Virus record (IMG/VR): IMGVR_UViG_3300025065_000001
Coordinates: 16,545-80,544 of that record
Direction: 5' to 3' (one strand)
Length of the DNA stretch: 64,000 bases
From: a virus
In this document: in pieces, positions 19,987 to 29,549 of the stretch
Numbering within the stretch: position 1 is the first letter of the stretch
How the letters are laid out: each line of letters begins with the position of its first letter
The notes under the pieces: model-generated
What the model saw: only the letters and a program-made list of their open reading frames with translations
Told to the model about the DNA's origin: nothing
The model's database searches: none
Translations under genes and position numbers: made by a program

Positions 19987-21269
19987 TGAACTATCTCCGA
20001 AATTTTACCTCCGTCTCTATAAATACGAATGAAAACGTTGTTCAAATTAATGACAACGTTTCAAACTTTGCGATTAAAACAAATAGTCAGTTATTTATAG
20101 AAGGATATTCCATACCCGTTACGGTGGAGAGCTCTAACACTCAGGATAGAACGCTAACACTTACAGCGCCTTGGCCAAACGCTAACGTTGTAGAAAAAAC
20201 CGCAAAGATAATCCCGTTAGGGGACGCCGACGTTTATTTAAGTGCCGTTGAAGCTAACAGAGCTGCTTACGACGCATTAATTGAGGCTATAAATAATCCT
20301 GCGGGGGATTTGCAACCCGCGGTGGAGGCAGCGCTTAATTATTTATACACGCAAGTGGCCCAGAGCGCTCCGGTTGAGAAAGAAGAAAATCTATCTCATC
20401 GATTGATTGATTACCCAACATATAAACCTACAGAAGAGTTGCCAACCGAATCCCCCAACGATAAACGGCTTATGCTGTTTGATAATGTGCGAGGTTTATT
20501 CCATGTGGCTTTTACAGACCGTTGGTTCACGGTACCAACTAATCTAGAAAGTCGAAGGTTCGCGGTATTTTACAGGGGACTAATTCTTCGATTTAAAAAT
20601 AACAGTTCCTACACTGGCACTATAAAGATGCGTGTATATCCGATGGGGGTTGGTGGCTTAGGCTTACCAAATAACCCGACTTTGGCGAACCATCAATGGC
20701 ATGTATATGAAACTACCGTTACTGAGCTTTATAAAATCGGTGAGTTTGGGAGCCAGTATTTCGAGGGGATCATTGACTATGTTCAGCTCGAGACAGGGTG
20801 GCAAACCTTCGACACAGATATGTCTGACTGCAGCTCATTAAATGCTAGCTTTGATACCGCGTTCGGTACGCTCAAAAGCCCCTTTAAACAATTTCACCGT
20901 CGAGCGGATGGCTTTTGGTATAGCGAAGATATGATGCCAACTACACCGAATGCTATGGGCGCAAGCTGGGCTCAAGACCCGAATAACCCTCGCGTGTTTA
21001 CGGTAACGGGTGCTACGAGTGGAACTGACGCTTTACGTTTCTTCGGAGACGCATTCGATGAATTCCAATTTGAACTTATCTTAGACGTATCTTACGTCAG
21101 TGGCACCCTCGCACTAACAGTCTCCAACAGTGACCCGAACAAGGTTTATTACCCTGGACCTGCAAGATTTATAACCGATGAAAGAATTTACTTTAAAAGA
21201 GCCGGTTCAGAAGTTACCGCAGCTCTGACCGTAGAGTCCATTAAAATGAGAATACCCCATTATGAATAG
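19986..21269 (+). CDS. Putative tail fibre/receptor-binding protein
   Basis: Follows J; N-terminal fibre-attachment-like segment, beta-rich C-terminus. Confidence 0.5.
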   Translation: MNYLRNFTSVSINTNENVVQINDNVSNFAIKTNSQLFIEGYSIPVTVESSNTQDRTLTLTAPWPNANVVEKTAKIIPLGDADVYLSAVEANRAAYDALIEAINNPAGDLQPAVEAALNYLYTQVAQSAPVEKEENLSHRLIDYPTYKPTEELPTESPNDKRLMLFDNVRGLFHVAFTDRWFTVPTNLESRRFAVFYRGLILRFKNNSSYTGTIKMRVYPMGVGGLGLPNNPTLANHQWHVYETTVTELYKIGEFGSQYFEGIIDYVQLETGWQTFDTDMSDCSSLNASFDTAFGTLKSPFKQFHRRADGFWYSEDMMPTTPNAMGASWAQDPNNPRVFTVTGATSGTDALRFFGDAFDEFQFELILDVSYVSGTLALTVSNSDPNKVYYPGPARFITDERIYFKRAGSEVTAALTVESIKMRIPHYE

Positions 21270-24174
21270 ATTGTTCGACGTTAACTTAAACAAAGCTGCA
21301 GAATGGACCGATGGTGAAGAATGGGATAACTGTAACCCTGCTCAAGACCTAGAGGAAATTTATAAACGTATCTATTCAACCAGCGACTACAACGACCCAG
21401 ACTATCGTGTAGACCCTGGGGATAATTTTTATATTGGCGCTAAAGCTGAACAGGTACGTAACTGGACGCCAAGAACTCTCCCCTGGAACCTTAACCTAAC
21501 CAAAGGCCAGAATGGTAACCCCTTATCATTCTACTTTGGGTTACAGGTTGGCGAGAGAGAAATAGATACCAACCTCAATTCTCATAGCCCATGGATTCAG
21601 TTCGTGAGTGGGGAGTTAATTGTCCTAGGTGGTAATTATCATCGTTTCTTTGGGATAAAACTAAAGGACTCTGATCCTTTCATCACCCTTGAAAAAGATA
21701 ATAAAGGTAGCGAGATTCACGGCGCGGTACTTAAAAATGCTGGGTTAATTGCCACCAATGGCTTTTCTATGACCGACTGGATATTGAGGGATTTGACCTT
21801 TATCGAGACCCCTTTTAAAGCTTTAGATATCCCTATCGGTTCATCAAATGTAAGTATTCAGGACTTCAATGTCTCTGGTTTTGGGGATTGTGGGGTAGCT
21901 ATTCGTTCCGGCCATACAGGGATTGAGGTGATTGGTGGAAAAATAAAAAACGAAAACCACTACTTCAGCCAGAACGAGACCTTACTACATGGACTGGTTT
22001 TAGAGTCTGGGTCAAAGGCTCTCGTAAGATATGTGAAAACGATGGGCTTCAGCGGCAACGGGTTTAGGTTCGATTGCCCTGTAGACGTTAGGAATTTGAC
22101 TTCCGAATACGATGGCGCGGGTATTGAATTTGAAGAAGAATCCAGTGCTAGAAATTGTATGGTCTCGTGGACGCGTCAGAAAGCGGGGGATAGTTTTGCT
22201 TATTATCTTCACAAAGGCGGGGAGCTAAACAACTGTGGTTGTAATTTGGAGGAAACGAGCGGTTTAGGTGTAGTCGTCGTTGGCCCTAATGCCACGCTAA
22301 CGATTAATGGGGGAGATTACCGAGCTCACGCGCCGTTACCTTTTGCCTCGGCTCAAGGCCCATGCACGATTGTCTTGAACAACGTAATGATGAATGGAGT
22401 TCTATATAACGAAACCTTAGAGCTTCTAGAAGGGGAATCTTGGCGTGGGGAAAAAGCTGAGGTAACGATAGACACCTTAGAGGTTTATGCCAATAAGACA
22501 CTAAACCTACCATACATGCACATCCCGAATCTCAATGATGCAATATCAATACAAGGTACTGAAAGACCCTTCCAGAGTGTAGTAACCCTGCCAAGTGGGG
22601 CAAGGATTTTGGCAACCGAAGAAGGTTCACTTCGCTATATGCCTGCCGAGGCTTGGCTTCATTTAGACCCTGGGGAAACAGCAATTGATTACTTTAGGTA
22701 TTCCACCGAAAGCATCATTTATATGCACAAGTTTATTATCAATCCTTCACCGGAGGTGGGGCCTAAGGTTGTTCAGCCTAATAGTTTTTCGGGCTCTGGG
22801 TGGTCTAGGAATGGTAATACTTATAGCACGCTAGGTACCAGTAACTCTCTAACAGCTTCATATAATTTTGAAGAAGGTGAGATATACCAAATCTACTTAA
22901 AGCTAAGGGAAAAGCAAAGTGGTTGGGTTAAGCCCAAGCTGGGCAGTGTTTTAGGCCAATATAGCCATAGCTTAGAAGGTAGCGAGGTTTGGTTAATCCG
23001 TGCACCGGCAAATGCCACACAGATTGAAATAACGGCTAGTGGCTATAAAGGTCTTCTTGAAAATATTTACGTTCGTAAATTGCTTAGAACGGAAACCCCT
23101 GCAGTTCCTACACTCACAGGCGAAGTCTCAGGGGCCACCGTGAATCTTTCGTGGAAACTGCCGCCAATCGATAGATTAAAAAATAGATACACAGCGGACG
23201 TTCATATTCAAAACCAAGAGTTGGCACAGAACTCTGCGGATGGATACCGCAGTAGTAATTCAGATCGTCACTACTTATTTGAGAACGTATGGGTACAGAA
23301 CCGAAGAAACGGTGTAAACCTACGTGGATGTGAGTCGGTTGAAATTGACGGTATGGATTTTGTTGGGGGATACACAGGGCAGTACGATACTTGGCAAACC
23401 GCGATGGTTTCAGAGTACCGCAATCCTTACACCAAAATCCAGCAGATTGGTAACGTAACTGCTGACTTGTTACTTGAATCGAATAGAGGTAACTACAACG
23501 CTCAGTTTGGTAACAGTGACATATTTGTCATTAACGCTCCGTACTGGGGAGCAGGTAGTTGGGGTACACCAACAGAAATTTACACAGCCCACATCTATAA
23601 CTTTGAGGGTAGAAACTCTTCAGACGCAATCATTGACTGTAAGCGTATTACTGAGGTCAATAACGGTAGATTCGAAGGCTCATGTAAAGTCGTCCGTACT
23701 CACAGACGCGGTGCAGCAATGCTTAACAACAGCGAGTTTATTTCGACATTTGGTACCCGCGAAACTTTCGCACCCAATCACTCACCGGCATACCAAGAAA
23801 TTTGGAACTGTGTTGCAGACGGCGTGCGATGCGTTACCAAAGAGCAAATGCGCAACCAGAAGAAAAACGGAGACTATTACTTCTCTGGTAGAAGTCTTCT
23901 GGCGGGATTCCAAGCCTCAGTCGAAATTCTAAAAACCTACCCGACTATCGACGACCTCAATCGTTTCGCTATGACAGATATGCAGTTTGAAGTGTCTAGT
24001 AACGGTGGTTCTAGCTGGTCACCTTTAACCGTTCCGAACGTTGAACTTCCTGGGGTTATAGGCTGTTTCAAACGTTCACTTTCTTTTACTTCAGGCACAT
24101 ACAAGATCAGATGCCGATGCCTCAACGGTGCGTTAGTTGGTACTTGGTCTAACACAATTTCAATTACAGTATAG
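21262..24174 (+). CDS. Parallel beta-helix (pectin-lyase-like) tailspike/depolymerase candidate
   Basis: Two regions with beta-helix-like periodicity and a terminal FN3-like segment (YKIRCRCLNG...WSNTISITV). Confidence 0.5.
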   Translation: MNRLFDVNLNKAAEWTDGEEWDNCNPAQDLEEIYKRIYSTSDYNDPDYRVDPGDNFYIGAKAEQVRNWTPRTLPWNLNLTKGQNGNPLSFYFGLQVGEREIDTNLNSHSPWIQFVSGELIVLGGNYHRFFGIKLKDSDPFITLEKDNKGSEIHGAVLKNAGLIATNGFSMTDWILRDLTFIETPFKALDIPIGSSNVSIQDFNVSGFGDCGVAIRSGHTGIEVIGGKIKNENHYFSQNETLLHGLVLESGSKALVRYVKTMGFSGNGFRFDCPVDVRNLTSEYDGAGIEFEEESSARNCMVSWTRQKAGDSFAYYLHKGGELNNCGCNLEETSGLGVVVVGPNATLTINGGDYRAHAPLPFASAQGPCTIVLNNVMMNGVLYNETLELLEGESWRGEKAEVTIDTLEVYANKTLNLPYMHIPNLNDAISIQGTERPFQSVVTLPSGARILATEEGSLRYMPAEAWLHLDPGETAIDYFRYSTESIIYMHKFIINPSPEVGPKVVQPNSFSGSGWSRNGNTYSTLGTSNSLTASYNFEEGEIYQIYLKLREKQSGWVKPKLGSVLGQYSHSLEGSEVWLIRAPANATQIEITASGYKGLLENIYVRKLLRTETPAVPTLTGEVSGATVNLSWKLPPIDRLKNRYTADVHIQNQELAQNSADGYRSSNSDRHYLFENVWVQNRRNGVNLRGCESVEIDGMDFVGGYTGQYDTWQTAMVSEYRNPYTKIQQIGNVTADLLLESNRGNYNAQFGNSDIFVINAPYWGAGSWGTPTEIYTAHIYNFEGRNSSDAIIDCKRITEVNNGRFEGSCKVVRTHRRGAAMLNNSEFISTFGTRETFAPNHSPAYQEIWNCVADGVRCVTKEQMRNQKKNGDYYFSGRSLLAGFQASVEILKTYPTIDDLNRFAMTDMQFEVSSNGGSSWSPLTVPNVELPGVIGCFKRSLSFTSGTYKIRCRCLNGALVGTWSNTISITV

Positions 24175-24185
24175 AGAGAATAAAA

Positions 24186-25004
24186 ATGGCTTTACAGTTT
24201 AAAGGTTCAAGTTCTTTAGTGTTACCAGATATAGTTATATCTGGGGATTTTACAATTAACCTTCCAACCATTCACTACACACCTTCACCTACGGGCGACC
24301 CTCAAGTAATTATATCAACTGTTGCTTCTAATAGTGTCGTAGTAGGTATTTATGATGGGGGGAATGCCTACATAAACGCGGGAGGAAGCTCAGCAACAAT
24401 TCCTACAGGTTTTCAGGATGGTGATTTAATTGAAGGGGTTAAAGTACAAAGAGTCGGTGACACTATAACAATCACCTACAATAACGGTACAGAAACACTT
24501 TCTAATTCTGTTACAGCCAACTTAGGGTTTACACTTTTAAGGATTGGTAACGATAAAAATAACGGCAGACCTTTACACTCTACTGTGTCAGGGGTGCTAG
24601 AAATAATTCGTAGTAACGATACCAATGTTACTTATGACTTCGATACTGAAGTAACCCCTAATGTATTAACCGATACTACATCAGGATTAGACGGTACTTA
24701 CGGAGACTCAGTGGCAGAATTTGTGGAACTAGGTGTAGTAATTAAGCAAATTACATTTGACTTACCCTCGCAAATGCAAGGCGTAAGCGGGTTATACTAC
24801 CTTGTTACTTCCGTACCGTTAGGGGCTTCTATTTTAAACGGTGAAAATTTAGATACCTCCGAATCCACCCTTAACATGAGTCTAACTAGCGTAGAAGGTA
24901 TAGCTGTAGGAATGCCTCTAATGCTAGTAGCTACTGATAAATTAGAAGCTACGGATGCTAGCGACATTATAGGCTGGTCAGTAGCCACAGTCACAGGGGA
25001 ATAA
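24186..25004 (+). CDS. Beta-sandwich (lectin-like) virion protein, putative
   Basis: Thr/Val/Gly-rich composition; lies in the receptor-binding block. Confidence 0.4.
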   Translation: MALQFKGSSSLVLPDIVISGDFTINLPTIHYTPSPTGDPQVIISTVASNSVVVGIYDGGNAYINAGGSSATIPTGFQDGDLIEGVKVQRVGDTITITYNNGTETLSNSVTANLGFTLLRIGNDKNNGRPLHSTVSGVLEIIRSNDTNVTYDFDTEVTPNVLTDTTSGLDGTYGDSVAEFVELGVVIKQITFDLPSQMQGVSGLYYLVTSVPLGASILNGENLDTSESTLNMSLTSVEGIAVGMPLMLVATDKLEATDASDIIGWSVATVTGE

Positions 25005-25006
25005 CC

Positions 25007-27388
25007 ATGGCGAATTCAGCGTTATTTAGTGAAGGTTCTTCTTATTTTGAAGAGTCAGCAGGACTTTACACTGTGAATGAGGGGCTTACCCACAACAAAT
25101 GCTACGCTCGAACTACGGAATTTGGTGGCTTATTTGGTAAAGGTCAAGCTACGGTTTCTGTGGCAATTACCACTGGTGCAGCGTCAGCGTCCTATCGTTT
25201 AGTTGATGAAGACGGAACAACGCCTGTAGGTGATGGCTCTTATACCACTTTTAGTAGCGGGGAAGCCTTCAACCTGGTCATTCCTGCAAATGCTCAGTGG
25301 TATAAGCTTCAACTGCTATTAGATGGTGAAACAGTCACACACTCTAGTCGATTTGGTTGTGGTGGTGTGACAATGATGAACGGTCAATCTCTTATTCAAA
25401 GAGTAATTACCGTGCCAGAAAGCAACACGATTACTGCAACGAGTTTAGGTATAGTTGCCACGCCATTTCACACAACCTTTCTTAGTACAAACACATTAGA
25501 CGCTCAATGGCTGCAACAAGCTGATGATGGTGTTATTCAGTCGGCATTTATTGCTGAGTATGTAAACAGAAAAGTTGAAGAAACTGGCGTCATGTGGGCT
25601 ATCTGTGGTCACGCAAAAGGTGGCGAGGTTATAGGAAACTTTATTCCTAACGGCTCAGAATGGCCCAAAATGGAAATCGTATATGCTGAGACTGACTGGC
25701 ATGAATGGATATGGTTTCAAGGTCACTCTGATGTAAATACAACATCGTCTACCTACACAAGTCGTTTAGAGCTTCTTAACAACGAAGTGGACCAAAGAAA
25801 TAATCTACAAGCCGTTAAGCTTATTGGTTCTATACCCAACATAAACAATACTGGGGCCAATAGCGGTTATGATGAAAGACTGAACAAGATCAGGCTTGCG
25901 CAAAAAGCTTACTGTGATGCAAACGGTATTGCTTACACGCAACCTAATGATTTAAAAACAGTAGATGATGGTGTTCATCCTACTGAAGCTGCTAACGTAG
26001 TTATGGCTCACCATTTTCTACGTGGACTTAAAGGAACTGATTTAGGGCCATTGCTCACTGGTTTTACACGTAATGGGGCAGAGTTAACACTTTATTTTAA
26101 TTTTGCGGATGGTAGTGACCAATTTGAAATATCTGGTGACATAAGTGATGTGATAAAAGTAGCTCGTTCCACCACTAGGTTTTCATACTTACCAATACAG
26201 TCAACATCGGTAAGTGGAAATACTATAGTTATTACATTGGTTGATGACCCTGCAACCGATGACCTAGTTATTTGGACGGGCTCTACAAACACCAATGACG
26301 GTAGTTCGTATATTCGCGATAACTACACGTATGATGGTTATGGTACGGGTCGCTCCATGGTTAGCACCATAGATATCGTTGACGGTGAAATGGTCTACTC
26401 TGAGACTGAGGCTCGCGTCATAGACACTACGTCCCCAGTTGTTATAAATAACGGTCCGAGCACGGTAACTATTTATGTTGGAGACAGTTATACCCCAAAC
26501 TTCAGTACCAACGAAGGGACGCTTTCAATTGATAACCCTGTAGATACTAGTACTGCCGGAACCTACACCGTAACTGCAACGGCAACAGACGCGGCAGGGA
26601 ACACAGGTTCTGCGACTCAAACCGTTATTGTCGAGGAAGTCCCTGTGATTACACCACCAACCGTGGTTCTAGGACCAAACCAGTCCGTCGAGTCTGGGCA
26701 AACTGTGTATTTAGATGCCACACAAAGTACGGCGGGTTCTCATCCGATTGCCAGCTATGAATGGACGCAGACCGCGGGGGATACTGTAACTTTAGTCAAC
26801 GGTAATACTGCCAGCCCGAGCTTCATCGCGCCAAGCGAGAATGACGCACAAACAATTACGTTTAGTGTCGTGGGCATCGACACAGAGGGAACCCGAAGCA
26901 CTGCTAAAACGGTTTCAATTGCCGTGGCCGCGTTCAACTTCGACGGTAGTATCTTGGAGTTAATCGACTCGGTAGCCTTTGAGTTGATCACAGATGGTAA
27001 CTTAATGATTTACCCTGGCAGAGCGAACCGTGAGATTATCAAACTTCGTCCGAGTAGCGAGTTAGGTTTGGTAGTTGATGATGATGGTTGTATAGACTTC
27101 GAAGCCACCGCTAACACAATTAGCAAGCTAGAAGTAATCATATATAACACTTCTGAAAAAGCGCGAATCGACTCAGACACCACCGCTATTGTTTTCGAAG
27201 GCACAGAAGCCCATTGCCGCTTTGGAGACTTCCAACCTAAGAGCGCGAGAGAACCTTTTGATGTTGCAGTAGTTCTCTACATTGAGGGTGATGGAAGAGG
27301 CGTTGTTGTCTACTCAACCAGTGAAGCGTTATCGACGCAGGGAGCCTCACCAATAAGCGCTTATGTGCAAGCTAACTTAGGTGCATAA
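25007..27388 (+). CDS. SGNH/SASA-type carbohydrate esterase with Ig/PKD-like domains
   Basis: GQS, FQGHSD and DGVHP catalytic blocks; DTSTAGTYTVTATATDAAGN (Ig-like) and SYEWTQTAG (PKD-like). Confidence 0.7.
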   Translation: MANSALFSEGSSYFEESAGLYTVNEGLTHNKCYARTTEFGGLFGKGQATVSVAITTGAASASYRLVDEDGTTPVGDGSYTTFSSGEAFNLVIPANAQWYKLQLLLDGETVTHSSRFGCGGVTMMNGQSLIQRVITVPESNTITATSLGIVATPFHTTFLSTNTLDAQWLQQADDGVIQSAFIAEYVNRKVEETGVMWAICGHAKGGEVIGNFIPNGSEWPKMEIVYAETDWHEWIWFQGHSDVNTTSSTYTSRLELLNNEVDQRNNLQAVKLIGSIPNINNTGANSGYDERLNKIRLAQKAYCDANGIAYTQPNDLKTVDDGVHPTEAANVVMAHHFLRGLKGTDLGPLLTGFTRNGAELTLYFNFADGSDQFEISGDISDVIKVARSTTRFSYLPIQSTSVSGNTIVITLVDDPATDDLVIWTGSTNTNDGSSYIRDNYTYDGYGTGRSMVSTIDIVDGEMVYSETEARVIDTTSPVVINNGPSTVTIYVGDSYTPNFSTNEGTLSIDNPVDTSTAGTYTVTATATDAAGNTGSATQTVIVEEVPVITPPTVVLGPNQSVESGQTVYLDATQSTAGSHPIASYEWTQTAGDTVTLVNGNTASPSFIAPSENDAQTITFSVVGIDTEGTRSTAKTVSIAVAAFNFDGSILELIDSVAFELITDGNLMIYPGRANREIIKLRPSSELGLVVDDDGCIDFEATANTISKLEVIIYNTSEKARIDSDTTAIVFEGTEAHCRFGDFQPKSAREPFDVAVVLYIEGDGRGVVVYSTSEALSTQGASPISAYVQANLGA

Positions 27389-27390
27389 TT

Positions 27391-27414
27391 ACAATGGCCA
27401 AGGATGGCCATTGT
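27391..27414. terminator. Hairpin before lysis module
   Basis: ACAATGGCCA-AGGA-TGGCCATTGT. Confidence 0.5.
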
Positions 27415-27487
27415 TCATTTACAGTCTTGCTTAAGGGTAGTATGCTTGATTGAAAATTAGGCTAATTGACGATACTTAGGCGGCAAG

Positions 27488-27880
27488 ATGGGCATACTCG
27501 ATCCCTCTAAGCTCAATATAAAAGTTGAGCAAATCCCTACCGAAAGTGAAGTTATTAAAATCTTCAATGAACGACATAAACTTGTCGCTCTATTTATCTG
27601 TTCGCCTATGGCCGTTAAGAAAGGCCGATACACTTTTACTTCAGTGCTTCTAGACGTTAGTTATGAGGATAGTGTCTGCCAGATACTCAACTCATTTCTA
27701 GCTGCGGAAAAGAGTGGAGATTATCGCAAGTTCTTAAACTTCAAAACGCGGTCCTCCGATGTATCTTATTTTTCTATAAATACCCTTCGCTTAAAGCTCT
27801 CATACTTTGGCGTCTGGGTGCTAATTATCTTGAGTTCACTTGGTATTAATCTCGGTTTAATGAAGTATTTGGGGCACTAA
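27488..27880 (+). CDS. Membrane-anchored hypothetical protein
   Basis: C-terminal hydrophobic helix; box upstream. Confidence 0.5.
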   Translation: MGILDPSKLNIKVEQIPTESEVIKIFNERHKLVALFICSPMAVKKGRYTFTSVLLDVSYEDSVCQILNSFLAAEKSGDYRKFLNFKTRSSDVSYFSINTLRLKLSYFGVWVLIILSSLGINLGLMKYLGH

Positions 27881-27881
27881 G

Positions 27882-28340
27882 ATGGACTCAACAACCTTGC
27901 TAGCACTCTTAGGGGTGATGGCCACTATTAGTGGTGTAGCGGTAACAATCGCGCTATTTATCATATCGGGAATAAAATCTGATATGAAAAGCGCACATGA
28001 AAGTTTTTCACAAAGTAATAAAAACCTGTGGGAAACCGTAAATAAAAATCACGCCACGGCAAACTCCTTAGCCACAAAAATCGCGGGAGAACTCGCAGCA
28101 TTCAAAGAGCACGTTGCATTAGCTCACCCGAGGGAAGAACGCGTTAATGAAAAGCTTGAATTCAACAAGCAGCATATCGACCAAGCCCTCTCAGGTATAA
28201 ACCACCGTCTTTCGAAACTGGAATCTGACCAAAGTATCGTCATTCAGCATATGACCCAGATCAGTAACCAGCAATCACAAACAATGTCCTATTTAAAAGA
28301 ACTGGTTAAAAACAAAAATTCTGAGGCTAAAAATGGCTAA
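27882..28340 (+). CDS. Putative holin/lysis membrane protein
   Basis: N-terminal TM helix plus coiled coil, directly before the endolysin. Confidence 0.45.
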   Translation: MDSTTLLALLGVMATISGVAVTIALFIISGIKSDMKSAHESFSQSNKNLWETVNKNHATANSLATKIAGELAAFKEHVALAHPREERVNEKLEFNKQHIDQALSGINHRLSKLESDQSIVIQHMTQISNQQSQTMSYLKELVKNKNSEAKNG

Positions 28341-28902
28341 CTACTCCGCAGACCCAAGAGTTCAGGCTTATATCGCGCAAATTGTGAAACTAGAAGCGGG
28401 GTACGTAGATAATCCTCGCGATAAAGGTGGGCCTACGAACTGGGGAATTACTGAAAAGGTTGCACGCGCTCACGGTTACACTGGCGCTATGAAAGATATG
28501 CCGCAATCCAAAGCCCGAGAAATCTACTTACAGACCTATTGGTTTGGCCCTCGTATCTCGGAGCTGGCTTCGGTAAGCCCTGAGATAGCGTGGGAGGTGT
28601 TTGAAGCTGGGGTGAATCTTGGTACCGGTACAGGGATTAAGTTTCTGCAGCGTGCGTTGAATGCCTTTAATAAGATGCAAACCATCTACATCGATATAAA
28701 GGTGGATGGGATATTTGGTAGCAAAACTCTAAAGGCCCTGCAGCTTTACTTTGCTTATCGTAAAGGCTTGGCCGAACCGGTTCTATTGAAAGCGCTCAAT
28801 TGTTTACAAGGGGCCTATTATTTAGAACTGGCCGAATCCCGAGAGACAGATGAAACGTTTGTCTTTGGTTGGATAAATAAGCGCATAGCGCTAAGAGATT
28901 GA
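28333..28902 (+). CDS. Endolysin, glycoside hydrolase family 108 with peptidoglycan-binding domain
   Basis: EAGYVDNPRDKGGPTNWGIT; LQRALN...VDGIFGSKT; FVFGWINKRI. Confidence 0.9.
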   Translation: MANYSADPRVQAYIAQIVKLEAGYVDNPRDKGGPTNWGITEKVARAHGYTGAMKDMPQSKAREIYLQTYWFGPRISELASVSPEIAWEVFEAGVNLGTGTGIKFLQRALNAFNKMQTIYIDIKVDGIFGSKTLKALQLYFAYRKGLAEPVLLKALNCLQGAYYLELAESRETDETFVFGWINKRIALRD

Positions 28903-28921
28903 CGATAATTGGAGCTACAAC

Positions 28922-29266
28922 ATGAAAGCCGCATTAATACTTCTTTTTAGAAACTTTGGTGCCGCATTGCTGACACGACATATGGTTTTGTTGTTGTTAA
29001 GGCTAGCGGCAAAATTCACTGAAAACAAAATCGACGACAATGTTGTTGGTTTGATCGACGCAGGGTTTAAAAACGATATCAACTCAATGCAGTGGTATAT
29101 TGAAGCGATATCTGACCAAATAGAAATCGAGCTGAGGAAAAGGCGAGAGGCTGAAGAAGCTGAGGCCGAGGCCAAGAGGAAGAAAGCTGAAGCTGAGAAA
29201 CCTGTACCTAGACCTGATAACCCTGTCCCCGAACCTGAACCTCGAGAACCAACTAAACAAAAGTAA
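28922..29266 (+). CDS. Lysis-module protein with Pro-rich tail
   Basis: Hydrophobic N-terminus, TENKIDD, charged/Pro-rich C-terminus. Confidence 0.5.
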   Translation: MKAALILLFRNFGAALLTRHMVLLLLRLAAKFTENKIDDNVVGLIDAGFKNDINSMQWYIEAISDQIEIELRKRREAEEAEAEAKRKKAEAEKPVPRPDNPVPEPEPREPTKQK

Positions 29267-29281
29267 CTAAACCCTAGAAAC

Positions 29282-29310
29282 AAAAAAGCCACTCTAAGAG
29301 TGGCTTTTTT
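29282..29310. terminator. Bidirectional terminator between the genome arms
   Basis: AAAAAAGCCACTC-TAA-GAGTGGCTTTTTT. Confidence 0.85.
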
Positions 29311-29345
29311 ATGGGTTTCACTTAATTTGTGTCACGAAACTAAAC

Positions 29346-29549
29346 TCGTGTCGTACTCGTGTCATTTCGTGTCCCTTTCGTGTCACCTTTCGGTACTGGT
29401 AAAAGAGGTAAGTTGTTGATTTGTACCCTCTTTGTACCTTCTTGTTTGGTGGAGCTGGCGGGATTTGAACCCGCGTCGATTATTTCCTAAATAGCTGATA
29501 AGCTTGGTTTTTTATTCGTGCCATTGGTATCTCGTGCCGCACTCGTGTC
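29346..29549. mobile_element. attP region with integrase arm-type repeats and IHF site
   Basis: TCGTGTC at 29346, 29357, 29367 and 29378; TCGTG(C/T)C at 29516, 29532 and 29543; IHF consensus AATCAACAACTTA on - at 29409-29421. Confidence 0.75.
29447..29477 (-). other. att core: 3' end of tmRNA (ssrA fragment)
   Basis: GACGCGGGTTCAAATCCCGCCAGCTCCACCA, the T-arm/acceptor end typical of gammaproteobacterial tmRNA; no full gene present. Confidence 0.85.

Noticed and set aside
29190-29266. Similarity of PVPRPDNP (lysis-module protein) to PKPADNP in the secreted peptide
   Set aside because: Short, Pro-rich and low complexity; probably coincidental.
29447-29477. Possible tRNA gene
   Set aside because: Only the T-arm and acceptor 3' strand are present; it is an att core.
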